Assembly (NCBI GenBank): GCA_030141605.1
Contig: JAQGDQ010000147.1
Span: 372,001-436,000, forward strand
DNA: 64,000 nucleotides
Source of the DNA: Tubiluchus corallicola
Lineage: Eukaryota > Animalia > Priapulida
Direction of reading: 5' to 3'
Of this stretch, positions 49,015 to 64,000 are shown piece after piece (positions within the stretch are counted from its first letter, which is position 1; every line of letters begins with the position of its first letter). The translations under genes and the position numbers were made by a program. Under the pieces are notes generated by a model, which ran no database searches, was not told where the DNA came from, and saw nothing but the letters and a program-made list of their open reading frames with translations.

Positions 49015-50599
49015 GTCACAGAGTTATCTGACTCCTCGCCCAACATTTGGACCTAAAAATAACAAAGAAAGAAATTCTTAGTTTGGTATAAATCTGTTAA
49101 TTTGTTCACGTTTGGCAAAATTTAAGAATCTAAAATCTAAGAATGGTGCTGAGTGCCAATCGACTTCCATCAATAGTAATAAAAGGGCTTAAATACTGCC
49201 TGCTGGTTTGGGTCAACCAAACGTTTTTCAATTTTAGGCGATAAATTTCTCGATAATTGATAATACAAAAACCCGAGAATTATGCATTAAACAGCAGACC
49301 AAGGTGCCTTTTTTATCTTTGATTTGGCTTACTATTAAATGCTATTTATTATTATTGTATGTACATCATAATGACTAGTGAAAGTGTTAGCATCAACTCT
49401 CTAGCTGCCACTTTTCTTTTGTTTCTTCGTTGCTTTTTTCACTGACAACATAATCAAAGTCTTCGAGATAGACGGAAACCAATAATTTCGGCGCACCAAA
49501 AATAGTGTACAAGAACCCAGTGTTGTTGCACAAATTGGTGGCGGGCGTCAAATTCATGGTTGCATCGAATCCTCACAGACATGATAATAGACTGTGTTAT
49601 TATATAGTTCAATAAAGATGCTATACAACTCAGTTATATTGGTTAGTATAGTAAAACAATTGTTGTTATCTGTTTTGAGAAGAATACACACGAAGAACAA
49701 GACAAATGATCTACATGCATCGTAAAACGGTCACGGAAGTAGAAATCAAAACAAGCCAGCAAGTTAGGCAGAAAATAAAAATGTTTGGCGTTTAGTAGCT
49801 TTTATCTTTAACAGGAACTTGAAGGTTCATGTAGGTAGTAAGAAGCAATACTCTGGTGTTTTATATTAGGTTTATAGGTCAGAGGCCAGAGCAGAGCGGT
49901 GATGTTTCCCGACATCTCATGCTGGAATTATCTATTACGTTCTGTGGCTTTAATTAATTACCTCAGTTTGTCACCGACATTATTTTGAAAATGGTGACGC
50001 AACAGTATATGGAAGTGAGATTTTTACAAAAAATGAGAATGGTAACGGCATCAACGGCGACAACAGCAATAGGAACAGGTTAATGGAAGTAACGGATGAC
50101 GAATAATTTATAAATATGAACCTCCCAGTCATTGGTGTATGAAAAATAAAACTCTCTTCTCTTGAACTTAATTGATAATATAGTAATGATTTTCGGACCT
50201 TATTACAAATAAAATAGCGTAGAGTAGTCGTAAATGAAATAAAATAAAGTAGTGTAAATATAAACATTCTATTTTATGGCAATTTTATCTATTTGTACGT
50301 ACAATATGCATGGTTTTGCTAGTAATCACGTCTATTTGAAAGATCTCTGAAAAAGTTTGACATTTTTGAGTGGAACACGGCTGGGTCAGCTAGTAATTTA
50401 TTTAACCGCGCTGAGTAGTGATCATATGATTCATCAAATACTTGCAATGGATGAATATATTCAAAATGGGATATCAGTAGGTTGGCCGTATGGTGGGTAT
50501 TCCTTTTCCATAAAGTTTCGTGGAAATCTAAGTGTTTTTTACCGAGTACCCAATGATAAAGTATCGCTTGCTTAACTTTTCTAGCAACAATTTTATTTT

Positions 50600-50960
50600 C
50601 CTATTTACAAGAAACTTGAATTGCCTCGCATACTAATCTCTGTCCGGCTGCTGGTCAGCAAACAAGAAGCAAGGCGTGTTTTTCTGAACTCCTTTTCGTC
50701 CTCTTGTCCTTACGCCGCAATCTTATCTGAACTAAATACTTTCTCACCACGTGGACCTTTAGGCACAAAACTGTCAATTGTCTGCGTGATATACTTGCTT
50801 AACACGATTAACTCGCATTGCAGTATCATTCCTTCGTACCCGCTATTAAACCCGGAATTGGTCTCCATCTGATTTTACTGAAATCACTACTTTGGCGAGA
50901 TGAAGTGCTGAGATAATGTGGAGGGCCATGGGCAAAAGTGAAGAATCGACGCAGAAAAGA
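50600..50960 (-). mobile_element. Possible highly degraded LTR-retrotransposon (BEL/Pao-like integrase) relic
   Basis: Minus-strand fragments KIRWRPIPGL and GYEGMI loosely echo the W.F.P..AP..GG.WE.M integrase motif; frameshifted. Confidence 0.25.
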
Positions 50961-51521
50961 TTGTGCTGTGGATGCCAGTGACAACGATGAGGTGAAACGT
51001 TGTCATATGCATGACCTATACAGAAAGACAACGGCAAACGAGGACAGCAAATTTCGGCAAAGTATGCTACCAGTTAGGTATCTGCTCGCAATTCAAACAA
51101 TCGAAATACTTGATACTAATTTTAACTTAGAATGATTTTTACAAAAATTGTAAAGATAATCTTGTGAAGTAAAACTGTGGAAATCGTTCAACCAAGATAT
51201 CTGATTTCCAACAACCAGTTAGCTCTAAAGTTGACGCTAGTGCCTGTTTAATAAAATTGATAACTTGTCCCGTTTTCTAAAAAGAAACAATCGACAAACG
51301 AAAGGTGACTAAGAAAAGTTTTAGGCCAGGTACGTAGCATGCGATTATCTGAGGAATAAGATATATCGGTGTTATGTGTGTACACTTCTCCAGGTTCAAT
51401 TTCGGTGACGAAATATTTTAATTTTTCTTCTGAACACAAATTTCGCGGATTCTTTCTATGAATAAATATTTGAGCCTTGTTTTGTTCAGCAACAAACTCC
51501 ACCAATGCATGTTTTTCTGTG

Positions 51522-51663
<142 letters not shown>

Positions 51664-53619
51664 CTTCATATCAAACACCACTCGCCAAATTTATGTTTCT
51701 GTAACAAGCAACAAATGCATTCAGTTTGAACTTCAGTAGTCTACGCACATATTATAGTATATGCATGAAGAAGCATATTCATATACATACTTGTTCAGTG
51801 TCTGTTATTACCTTGCAAATTCTTCGAGTTGGAGTTGCAAATTTTAACATTACAGATTGCAACGTTAGAAACCTTCTTAAGGAAATTCCAAGTAGCAGTA
51901 AAAAATCAAAATCAAAGGTGATTTTATTTTAGTGACGATCAGTTCAATTTCAACCTTGTTTTTCTCATAAGTGTCATATATACATATATTTCTGTGTCAA
52001 CTTAAAATGCATTATCATTTACAACCCTTTGTCATCTAATATAGCTTAAATAGGCACTATATAAAATTTATGAAGCGCTAATTTTCGTTTATACCAACCA
52101 AATTTATAAATCTTTCGACTTGCTTTATTGCAAAATGAAGGATTGGTATATTGTTACATGGAATAGATTAGATCAATGCGGCTACTGTAATACCCATTGT
52201 GTATTGTTAATACTATTAGCCTGTTGACCTGCAAAATTTAGTGTTAATAAAGTTATGGCGAATATAATTCACACATGTAGATTGTGTTGTGATTATGATG
52301 GTTTATGCGCTCTATCCGTCTCGTGTTTTTGCTTTTTGTGCAGTTTCTCCATCCAGCGGTTTATGCTATTACAAGATGAACCACATTCGTCCTCGGTGTC
52401 GTCACCGGGCGAATCCTATAAATGTGGATACGCCCTTCGATATTAAAAACTTAGTTTGATAAATGGGCGGCGTTGTGCGCAATTCCTGTGACTAATAACT
52501 GCAATTTTTGTTAATGTTGCTCTTAAGAACTTTACTGAGAGGGTGTGCAGCGTTGTTTTGTCAAATTGTCGTCCAATGCGGAACGATGAAGCAGCTCCTC
52601 TACACTTAACTGTACACAACTGACACACATCTGCAATTCTCGTGACAACGTCCTATATCTTCATACTGGGATTATTGTCTGGTGTGAACAAAGGCGTGTC
52701 AACTACTGCAATTAATTTATTAAACGCTTAGCTTTACGAAACAAATCTCTACGGTCTCAACAGTAAGATTATTATCTAATCAATTAATGTAATCACGGGA
52801 AATACGTAATTTACTGAAGAATTTCTGTTGAGGTTTACAGAGGGTATCTATCCAGGTCTAAGATTTTCCCATAGGCTTTGATTGCCAAAAAACAAAAGAA
52901 TACATAATATAACTTTATCAGACTCTGAAAAATCTCCAATAATAACAAAATGCTCACTTAAAACCAATTCTTCACTTACAAGTTTTTATGCAATTTCTTT
53001 GTGTTAGATGGCTTTCCATAATTGCGTCTATGTGGACTTCTAAGTACGGTCTAACATCCATTGAAAATAACTTTCTTATCGGTGGAGATGCAATTCTTTC
53101 ACATTCTGATACATAATATGACCGTAATTTATTTATCTGCTTGTCTTTTGTTTGTTATTCTGCTTATTAGTGCCTTTCATTTTGTTTGTTTATCGTATGC
53201 ATGTCTTGTTTCGTGCTTTAGATTACGAATCGTTTGGTTTGATGGTCAGAAAATGATAATATTTATGTTGGTTGTTCACGAGAATTTATTAGTTGGGTGG
53301 TCTTCGTTTCGTTCGTTGAAATGTGATAGTTTAATACATGGGCTGAGGGTTCAGTAGTCTTGCAAGTTGAAAATATTTGTTGAAGAATGAAGATTTAACG
53401 CATGTGAATAAGGGGAAGAAGGCTATGTGTTCTGGGTAGATATACTGGACCATCCTAAAATTTAGAAAATAGAACGTTAAGGAGTTAGAAAAGAGTCATT
53501 TTCTGGCTGCTTCTTAGTAGCTGCCTGTCAGGCAACACGCCTTTATAAAAATTCAATCGAAAATTGAGTCAAAAATCGTGTCAATGAGACAACTAAACAA
53601 CTACATTGGAAAATCAAAT

Positions 53620-53900
53620 TATGAACATGGTGATCTAATATAGCAGTCAGTGGTCCAGTACGCTTACAATAAAAGCAACCACCTTACAAAGTTATAGGGA
53701 CCTAGAGTTGAATGTCCTTCTCAAAAATGCTGTATAGCAATTGATCGATGGTGCATCTATGTTTGCAGCTGGCAATTTGTTCCATAGGTTGACAACTGAG
53801 GAAGCAAAAAGGGAGTAGATTTATTTTACGTTGCGTCTGAATTTATTCGTCGATATTTATACAAGCTTATTGCGTTTCTGCCATGCATTGCAAATTCCGG
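53620..53900 (-). mobile_element. CR1/L2-type LINE 3'-end relic
   Basis: Minus strand encodes FFASSVVNLWNKLPA, matching the FF..RVVN.WN.LP C-terminal motif of CR1/L2 ORF2. Confidence 0.6.
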
Positions 53901-54267
53901 TACAGATAGCACGCTTAAATACACTCAGGTATTCTGTGACACAGGGAACGCATGGCCTTCCGTGGTTTGGGGACCTACAGCCTTTTTCATAAGTGATACT
54001 TTTGTCATAGGATACCAAAAAATCTCTGGTACGCATGAGTTATCATCTCTGGACGCATGGGTTTAACGGTCAGTCCGGATGGAATAGAAATGCCATAAAA
54101 AGGACGACGGGTTTACAGCTGTTAGTTTTTAAAACCATGTGATCCGATTTTTGAGATCAATACTGAATATGACCGATTAAATGCAAAGACATCGTAAATA
54201 TTATTGTAACAAAGAATTATTTTTAATTTTTTTAGTAATAGTACTTTTTCGATGCTTTGGTTAAGTA

Positions 54268-54460
54268 ATGTTAATCTATAGGAAGATGCTCGATATAAAA
54301 TGGCCTGACAGAATATCTAAAGACGATCTGTATAATGTGGTCAAGAAGAATCCTTGGAGTAAACAGATAAAAGTAAGAAGATTGCATTGGACTGGGCGTA
54401 CACTAAGATTACCTCAAGAATCTCTTCTTCCTATAGCATTACGTAAAGCTCTTGAAACGG
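54268..54460 (+). mobile_element. RTE-clade LINE ORF2 C-terminal relic
   Basis: YRKMLDIKWPDRISKDDLY...IKVRRLHWTGRTLRLP matches the R.IL.I.W.D.I.N...RRL.W.GH..R motif. Confidence 0.75.
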
Positions 54461-57400
54461 CGGTGGTAACAGATAGGAATGTGTGGCATCAACAGCTGGG
54501 ATGTTTTCTTAGGACGTAGCAGCACCGAAACGATAACGACGTTATGTAATGTAAAGTAAAGTATTTATATAGAACGCTACATCACTCAAAATCGTATTAT
54601 TCTGAACATTAAAAAACAAATAAAATTCATAAGGTACATAAAATCTCAAAGACATTAAAGTTAAATAAGAATTCATCACAAAAAGTACAATCTAAGGAAA
54701 ACAGTCATAGTTGCTACTCTTTGCATGCTTTCAGTCCACACAAGGACATCTGGTAAGAATTCTTCATTTGCATAAAATATTTGGTGAAGATCAGCTGTGT
54801 GCTGCAATTAAGCTGCCCATTAGGTCAGTTTGCTCATTTAAAATTACTTAATTAAAACAGCACGTCTTTTAAATCAGCTTTTAGGTGTTTTTGCAGATGT
54901 ACTGTTTATGTCACAACTGAGCAGTGATTTATGCGCATAGTGACTGTGATCTACTTCTTAAGCGATTGCACCTTTTCTTAGGTGATAACGACCTTGTTAT
55001 GTAGCATTTTCGTAGTATTGACACTGAAGATAATTTTGCCAAAGGCCAACCGCGCTACCTTGTATATGCATGAAGCACTAATTAGTGACACAAGGAAGAA
55101 GACTGAGCGCTTTAAACACCTAGAGGCCTTTGGACTATTCAGCTTTTGCATACGGAAAAAGCTAAGAATACAAAGCAGTTTCCGTATTATCTTAGGTGTA
55201 AAAAATAAACAAATAAATGAAAACAAGCACAATAACTACTAATTTCGCTATTTTACTTTATATATAGAATGATTGATTCATTTTTCTCAGGCAAATAAAG
55301 ACAATATAATTTTTGGCAGCTATTTCTTTGTGCTTGCTGAGGTTTGCCTGAGGACTTTAGAACTACTTCAAACGCACTAAAATTTCACTATAAATCATAA
55401 GCATGGAATGATATATACATAATTAATTAATTACTCGCGAACCACTCAAACTCTAAATGAAGTGCAAAAAATGAACTAGTTAGTTATTGCTCTATTTGAA
55501 AAAAACATGAAACTTTGTATTGTTTGTGAAGTTGTGAGTTATCGGGAAAGAGTGGATATTCACCACCCTTTCTCCGCTTAATTATCTTTTTTTATTACTA
55601 AGTACTAACGAATATTTATTAGTTTTCCAAATTGTCAAAATTAATATCGCGTCTATTATGTACGGTCAAACTTAAAGGAGATAAATAAATCTTAATATTA
55701 ATCTTAATCTGAATCGAGTGCGTAGGAATGTGTAGTCTGGTGGCCAAAACGCTGGAATTTGTATTTCAAAGGTCCCTAGCTCGACGTTCTAAATTTCTAA
55801 TACTATACCACTTAGGTCGAACAAGAAAAATAAAAACACGAAATGTTACCAAATGTAATTTTTTATATAAATTTTATGATTTTAAGCGTCGTTTCTTTTC
55901 TATCTTTTCCAATTTCTTAACTGTTGGATTCTTTTAATTATCTGTTGTCGTAATCTAAATACACGTGGGTACTATAGGCGTATTTAGTGCCATTACTCAA
56001 CCTAACGTATATAGTCACGAGTTAAATGTTGTTGTATAAATTAACTTAATTAACTAACGTTGCTGTTGTTGTATAATGTGGAAACGCAATTACATTTATA
56101 AGGCATTTTTATCGACATAACGTAAAGCCTCTACGTCTTAATTAAGTAGACTCCAATTAAAATTTTAAACGTACCTTTTAAAGCTTTAAATCCGAAGAAA
56201 AACTCTGACGAATCACAAAATAACCCACCAGTTGGATGGCAATCCGATTTCAGGTAGATCACAGAAATTAGATAATTAAAATCCACTCTTGAATCACACA
56301 GACATCCCAATTGTGTCAGGATAAACACGTAAACAACTTGGCGTAGTCGGCGCAAAACACCGTTACTGTAAAACCTTGTGACCTACTAGACATATACTAG
56401 TCAACATGTAAAGGTGGGTAAGTGTAGGGAGGCATGACACTTGTCACCTACTTACGTGACCTGTGTACTTGATTACCGTCACACTAGCGGTATTTTCTGA
56501 CATGTTTGCAACATTTCGCTAGACCATGGTCCCGTAATGGCATAACTTTACGCTTGACCCGCCTGAGAATTGTCTGAAGTTGTTACGAATTGTTAAGTTG
56601 CCTATAAGGCGCTGCAAAATTTCACCTAAAGGAAAATTACAAAATTACTTTCATTCTGCATTTTTCAAAACAACTTGCTTCATATTGCTACAACTTGGGA
56701 CACCAAGAAAGTTAAGAAGTCCCAGTCGCCTAGTTGCTATGAAACGAATAAAAATGCGAAAAAGTTGCAAAATGCTAAATCAAAATCTATATTTGCTTTT
56801 CGGAGCTCTACCCGAACCTCACTGTTATGGGAAACCAGTTCTCTTAACTGCTTCTGGGAAAATTCTTTGCATAACCGTCTGCCACTAAAATAGTATTTCC
56901 GGGGCGTTAAGGGGGTAAATCAAACTAAACCGAATTACCTTTTTGAAGTTTTCATATTCTTTTATTATGATTTCTCAATTCCTTTATTACGTTAATTAAG
57001 ATTATTTAACAAAAATTTAAAAAACGTTTTCCTACTTTTAATGATTTTTGACTGATTTTTTATTTAAATCAAATTTAAGAACTCAAAAGCGCTAAAAAAC
57101 TAAATACATTTATGAAGAGGCGTCTTCTTCACCTATATTGTTTTTTATCTAATTTGTTGGATACTAATACTACTAAAGTTATTTTTAAATTTTTCGCAAA
57201 CCGTGATTGTTATATTTTGATCGCGCGTTTTGCGGTTAATTTACAGCATAGTTCAGTCCGTGCTAATGACTACACTGAGACTAAAGTGTGATGCGCGTCT
57301 TGCATCATGAAAAATATCGGAAGATACACGTCGTCGCTTCATCATTAGAATCTTACTTCCGATCGTTTCGACGTCCTTTCGAGGATCCGAAGTAAGAGCT

Positions 57401-58157
57401 AATGACGAAGATATGTATCGTGTATTGTTATTAAGTTAGTGTCAGTAAATTGGTCAGTAACCATTTAAGTTTCATCATTTTCTTTAAGTTAAGCTGTGGT
57501 ATGGTATGGAATGATATGTCTGCAACATGTCATGATATGATACGATGCGATACAACAATTAATTTTAAGTTAAATTTTATTAAGTGAGGTGAATAAACAT
57601 CTTTATGAGATTTAATGGCACACAAGCGTTTCCACCTGTAATAGAAAAGCTACAAAACTATTATGACTTCCCATAATTTACAATGCATTATAAGGTATTA
57701 TCAGGAATCAAAGTATAAATATTTTATAATGGTCAACCAAAACACAAACCGTCGTTGTACATATAAGTGCCCTTTCTTTAATGACGTTATGCACTGAATT
57801 TCTTTATTGCAGTTATAATTAATAATTACGTGGTCGTTTCACTTGTTTTCAGAATTTGCGATCGCAGCAGTGAATGTACGGTGGTGCCCTCTTCTGCTAG
57901 AGTTATAAACTGTTAAATTACAAACGGGACGGTGTTAGACCATTCTGCTCCCTCTATGAGCGAGCAAGGCCAACTATTTGCAGCTCTTTCCCTATGTGGA
58001 CTTCGTTTCCTAAAAACATATTTGTCAAAAAAACAACAAACATAAATTTATTTTAAATTGCAAGAATTGCTACGTACCTTAAGGTGTCAACATTTTAAGG
58101 TCCTGTAAGTCTGTGCTATCCTGCGCTTTGTGGCCAATGGACTTTCACTTAAAAAGC

Positions 58158-58318
58158 ATAACATATACATGCCGCCTTAATTGAATTGAACCGAATTATT
58201 TATTTCGGAATGTAGTCCGCAGAACACAAATATATAAATACAAGGATAAAAACACTACTAAAAAGAAACCCATAATCTTATTTACAATATAATACGTGGC
58301 TATGATAACACATTTACA
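58158..58318 (+). repeat. ~160-bp dispersed repeat, second copy at ~62297-62445
   Basis: ACATGCCGCCTTAATTGAATTGAA...ATTATTTATTTCGGAATGTAGTCC.CAGAACACAAATA...CTTATTTACAA.ATAATACGTGG in both copies. Confidence 0.9.
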
Positions 58319-59519
58319 AGTAAAATTGTTCTCTGTTAGTTAAAAATGTTAGAATTCATGCTGAATAATAATTTGAAATTCATGTTATTAAATGTTACTA
58401 GATTGATTTTATATATATATATATATAACTGGTCAGAGTACTAGTTTGACTGCTGTTTCTTTTTTATATTTTTATCTTGGACATTCCTATGCGTAGAGCA
58501 CGACCTGTTTTCCTTCAAGCTTATTTTTTGAAGCTGGGCAATTTTTTCTTTGCAGGACAAACATTTGAAACAGTTGGGCCATGAAATTGCGATTTGACCA
58601 TAATTTTCCACACTTTTGTGCTTTGCTATAGAGTTATAGGCCAATGTATTTGCATTAAAGCATTTATCCGCAATGGCGGATTGTTACAACTTATAGGATG
58701 AGCGGTATTGTTTGACTTGATAAACATGGATAGAAGCCGAGGCACCAAGTTTACCAATGGCGGTGGTGTTATAGAATTATTTGTAGACGTCGTAATTTTA
58801 GCAATGGGCTCTTATTGGCTACACATTTCTTGTCGTATTACTGATATAAAGGCCTAAATTGGCTTTATTGGCAACTTTTAATAGTAAAAGCCTTTAAATT
58901 ATTAGGCATACGTATTCTATTTTGTAAACTCTGGCAATCATTCTGGGTTACGACAGCTCTCTCGGTGTGGCTAAAAAGCGTCATTATCAACTACAGATTT
59001 TAGGTGACTTAAAATGATGTCGCCTTACGTAAAATAACTACATAATAAAGGAATTCTATTGCTAAGAATGTGGCCTCAAAAACATTCTATGTGATTTTAA
59101 AACAATGACTTTTTCGGCGCAAACGAAAACAATTACAGAAAACAAAGAAACAAAAAACATTAATGTTTTCATAAGACAATAAAAAATTCTATAGTGTCTG
59201 CTACGCCAGAGAACATGAACGGTGAACCGGGAACTTACATGTGAGCAAGTACAATACAGATACCCAAAAGGTGAGTAGTGTGACATGCTTCAATGACTAT
59301 ACAGAGCGTGCACGCTAATGACGTTATTAGACCTTTTCTAAGTTTTAGCCTAGTTTCTAATTTTAAACTTTAAATTTGTGAATACAATATGAGAAGCCCA
59401 AGTCACTGAAAAAACAGTTGACAGGAAAAATAGTTGTTCAGTGACTCATAATCGAATTAAATTTGCAGAGTGACCTGTTTCAATTGGCTGACTTTTTACC
59501 TCCAGGTGTTCTTACGGTG

Positions 59520-59990
59520 AAAAAACGCTCCAATAAAAAGTCGAGACCCTATTGTTTTCTCAAATTTATCAATTACGTTACTGATTGCCTATTCCTTGAC
59601 ACGCATACACCACTATTTGTTGATGATACTGAACCTCATCGTCCAATTAGAAATCCTTCCGTTCAAGGGATATTCCAAGACCTGTCTGAAATTGAGTGAT
59701 GGTGTGACAACTGGTTAAAGAAATTCAAATGCAGTAATTGCATCGCACTTCATATTCGTCCTAATTCTACAACGCCTTATTACCCGAAAGATGGTGTCAT
59801 TGAAAAAAATCAGTTCTACCTGTTGTATCAGTTGTATTAATTTTAATTAACCCTGAACTCTCATATTGAGCATTTATTTCCCAGTCTAATAGAGACATTT
59901 GGAAAGATAAAACACTACATTTCTAAACGTAGTGCAAAAGTTATTGTATGATTTATGTTTCTGTACAAAGCTGTAGTTAGAGCAGTACGT
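59520..59990 (+). mobile_element. Degraded CR1/L2-type reverse transcriptase fragment
   Basis: PYCFLKFINY...LFVDDT...QDLSEIE*WCDNW resembles P.LF..YIND...LFADD...Q.DL....W...W; stops and frameshifts present. Confidence 0.65.
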
Positions 59991-61639
59991 TCTTGATTAT
60001 AACTGTCTTGCTTAGTCATCCCAGTATGTTACTCTAAAGAATGCTTTAGAAACAACTCAACTGAGAAGATCTGATAGTATTAACCATCTTATATTATCAA
60101 TTCGATTTTTCGTACCGAGAATTTTTTTTTGACCTACTCTAATATCAGAGCCTTCATCTCTTCTCGTGTTGCTTACCCTTGAACTTCACTTAAAAGAAAG
60201 AACAAGGCACTCAGTACGCTAGGTTTAGTTTACTGTTATCACTTAAACTTAGAAATCAATAGAAAAGCAATTTACAAAAAAAATTCTACAAAGCATAAGA
60301 CTAAGATATACGACTTCTGAATAGAAATTTTCGGGCATATGAAAATTGTGACGTAACCGATGGACTTCGTGATCTTTGTAAACCCATCGTGGCTTTCCGC
60401 AAGTGGGCGCTGTATAAACTAATTCAAACTTCTGCAGCTTACCTAATATTCTCGCTAAAATGTCACAAAATCAGCTATCTAATTTTTTGTAAAACTTGTT
60501 ATATTTGTGATGAAGGTTGACAGTGCGCTACTTTTCTTCAATGTTCAAATGGCGTTCAAAATGGGAGCGCCCAAGCATGAAGAGATCGCGACTTCAAAGT
60601 GATTTTGCTAATTACGCGAGGCGCTGATTTCAGTTTTATTAAATTCTTCTAACATTTTTCGCGAACATAGAAATAAGCCTAACCGCCTAGAAGGCTTGGC
60701 CTTTCCTTTGATAATGACATCGTTAAACATCAAATTGGCTCACTTTCGAAAATCGTTGAAGAGTAACCGTTAAAAAACGTTATGGTTAGGTTTCTTTTTT
60801 CGCAAGCAAGCAAGTCAGCTTAATAACAAGGTGATAATGCTTAATGACAAAAAAACAGCCGCAATAAATTTATAATCCGTTGCCTTATTATCAAGAAGTC
60901 AGCTTAATATAGGCGGTTCCTATGATAACTGAAATACTTTAAGTAAGTAAGCTATGTTTTGATCAATACTAAAAGCTGTTTTTTACCTAATTAATTATTT
61001 GTAACACTCCTGTATCACTTTTGACAAATAGTTGCGTGCAAGACTAATGTTAGAAACCAATCCCTGATTATCATTTAAGAAATATAATGCATTATTCGAT
61101 ATTCATATTTTTAAGACATAGAAATATATTTATAACTTAAAACCAGACTGGAGATATCACGTAGAAACAGTTTTATTGTTGATTTTAATAGGAGTTTAAT
61201 CTGGCCTAGTGTGGTATACTTTGGACTAAGCTGCTTTATGCATAACAGTATAAGGTAGGCTAAGCGAAATTAAACACCGGGGTTTATTCTGTGCTAGGCT
61301 AAACTATACCCGGATATATTCTGGAGGGGGCGTAATCCGGGCTGTTACACCGGCACAAGCAGTTTATACGCAGGATATAACCTATTCCGTAACACAAGGG
61401 TCCATCTTACGATTTAATAACCTACGTTTTATTATTGATTTCAATTCATGTATTTCTGCTGATGTCTTTTTGTGTTTTTCTTACGCCTGATAATTTATTG
61501 ACTTTACAACATCGTACTAATAGAGTACTGACAAAGATCGATAATTGGATGAGAGTAAACAAATTGTCAGGTAACCGAAATGAATTTTGTTAATTATTAA
61601 TCAGCAGACTTTAACATATAGGATCTCTCTACTTCGAAA

Positions 61640-62850
<1,211 letters not shown>

Positions 62851-62919
62851 ACTCGTGGAAATCCGTTAAGTAGGTTTTGCGTATAAGGCTTACTGTTGAA
62901 CAAAAGACAGAAAACAAGC

Positions 62920-62991
62920 AAACCAACCAACCAACCAATCAACCTACAAACCAACCAACAACCAGCCAACCAACCAACCAACCAAACAAAC
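62920..62991. repeat. (CCAA)n tetranucleotide repeat within a dispersed element
   Basis: Directly visible. Confidence 0.9.
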
Positions 62992-64000
62992 AGCGTTGGA
63001 AGCAAAAATAATTATCCCTCACAGTAACTCTAACCCTAATGTCATATTTTATAAGTGTGCCATCTTCCCATTTTTTCATTTGTGCCCTTTTTGCTGTGTC
63101 GTTTTTTCCTTGCCATTTTTACCTGTGCCATTTTTACTGTTCACCCTCTATTTCATCTTTAAAATGTATTGCTTTCACAGTTCCATGCACAATACAAAAC
63201 TAATTTGAAAAGAAGTCCAAATGACAGTAGGCCTAGGGCCTCGTCAGTGGTGTACGGGGCCTGAAAGCCTCATTTCAAATAGGCTTACAGCTAATGGTCG
63301 ATTTCAAGACACTAACCGATCCCCGGTAGATCGCATGAAATTTGCACTCCTCCCTCCAGTGGTTATTCGTTGCTGCGATTTAATTATCAGTTGAAAAAAA
63401 ACATTTCGTTGACTTCCAATTTAGCTGAAATGATATGTGTTTATAAAAACGCTACAGTTTGAACAGATGAGAATTTCAAACAATAAGGACTTTTAGAAAG
63501 CGATGTCCATGAAACAATCGAGCATAATAAAACAATGTTTACTTTGAAAAATAAAACATTATTCGAATAGTAAGTTTAAATCACAACATTTTTAGTAGAG
63601 AGTAGAATCAGTTTAATTTCTATGGACGGAATAAGCACTTCATACATCGAGGTTATCTATTGCATTGGAATGCAACTACACGGCTTTGGCTTTGCTACTG
63701 AAACCATCTTAAAACATCATTTTAAATTTGGCTCGTTTATATACGTGTAGTAGTCTTTAAACTACTAAAGCACCAACAGGTTTGACTGTGAAATAACTAA
63801 GGGCACGAAGGAGTGGAGTATCATGCAAACGCCATAACTATGTGTAGTAGTTGTGATGTCAAGCATTTTTGCAAATGTATTTGAACCGTTCTCAGAGGAA
63901 GGATGCATTTTTTATGAAGCCATCGTTTTTTACGAGGTGCGTTTTTTTATGTCGTGATTAGGAAATCGCTTCAGAAGTGATTTATGTTTAATAAGTCAAG

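Noticed and set aside
57337-57410. Hammerhead ribozyme (CGAAAC and TGATGA-like words on the minus strand)
   Set aside because: No intact CUGANGA core in the required order with three stems.
58441-58700. Gag-like zinc-knuckle relic on the minus strand (CF..., CFKCLSCKE)
   Set aside because: Cys/His spacing too degraded to support a call without a search.

Overview
AT-rich eukaryotic (invertebrate-type animal) genomic DNA with spliceosomal introns; not prokaryotic, and no CRISPR or operon structure was seen. Five protein-coding genes can be supported by hand: (1) part of a small single-pass membrane protein gene (- strand, ~0.7-1.4 kb); (2) a divergent CFAP46-like ciliary protein whose ~5.9-kb CDS is uninterrupted (9226-15153, +); (3) PITHD1 (6 coding exons, 18169-33856, +, 208 aa); (4) MRPL15 (4 coding exons, 35943-42968, -, 291 aa), convergent with PITHD1; (5) an orphan secreted 660-aa Tyr/Gly/Pro/Ala-rich protein (2 coding exons, 45847-49014, -) that the ORF track only partly captures. 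The rest is intronic or intergenic DNA carrying a 5S-derived SINE, a tRNA-derived SINE, a 3.6-kb Sola3-like non-autonomous transposon, Tc1/mariner- and hAT-type MITEs, LINE relics and microsatellites. No gene was recognised in 49.3-64 kb. I found no evidence for a new multi-gene system. The best leads are the orphan secreted protein, the intronless CFAP46-like CDS, the mobile elements and two perturbations of PITHD1 structure. All family assignments come from recalled motifs, not database searches.
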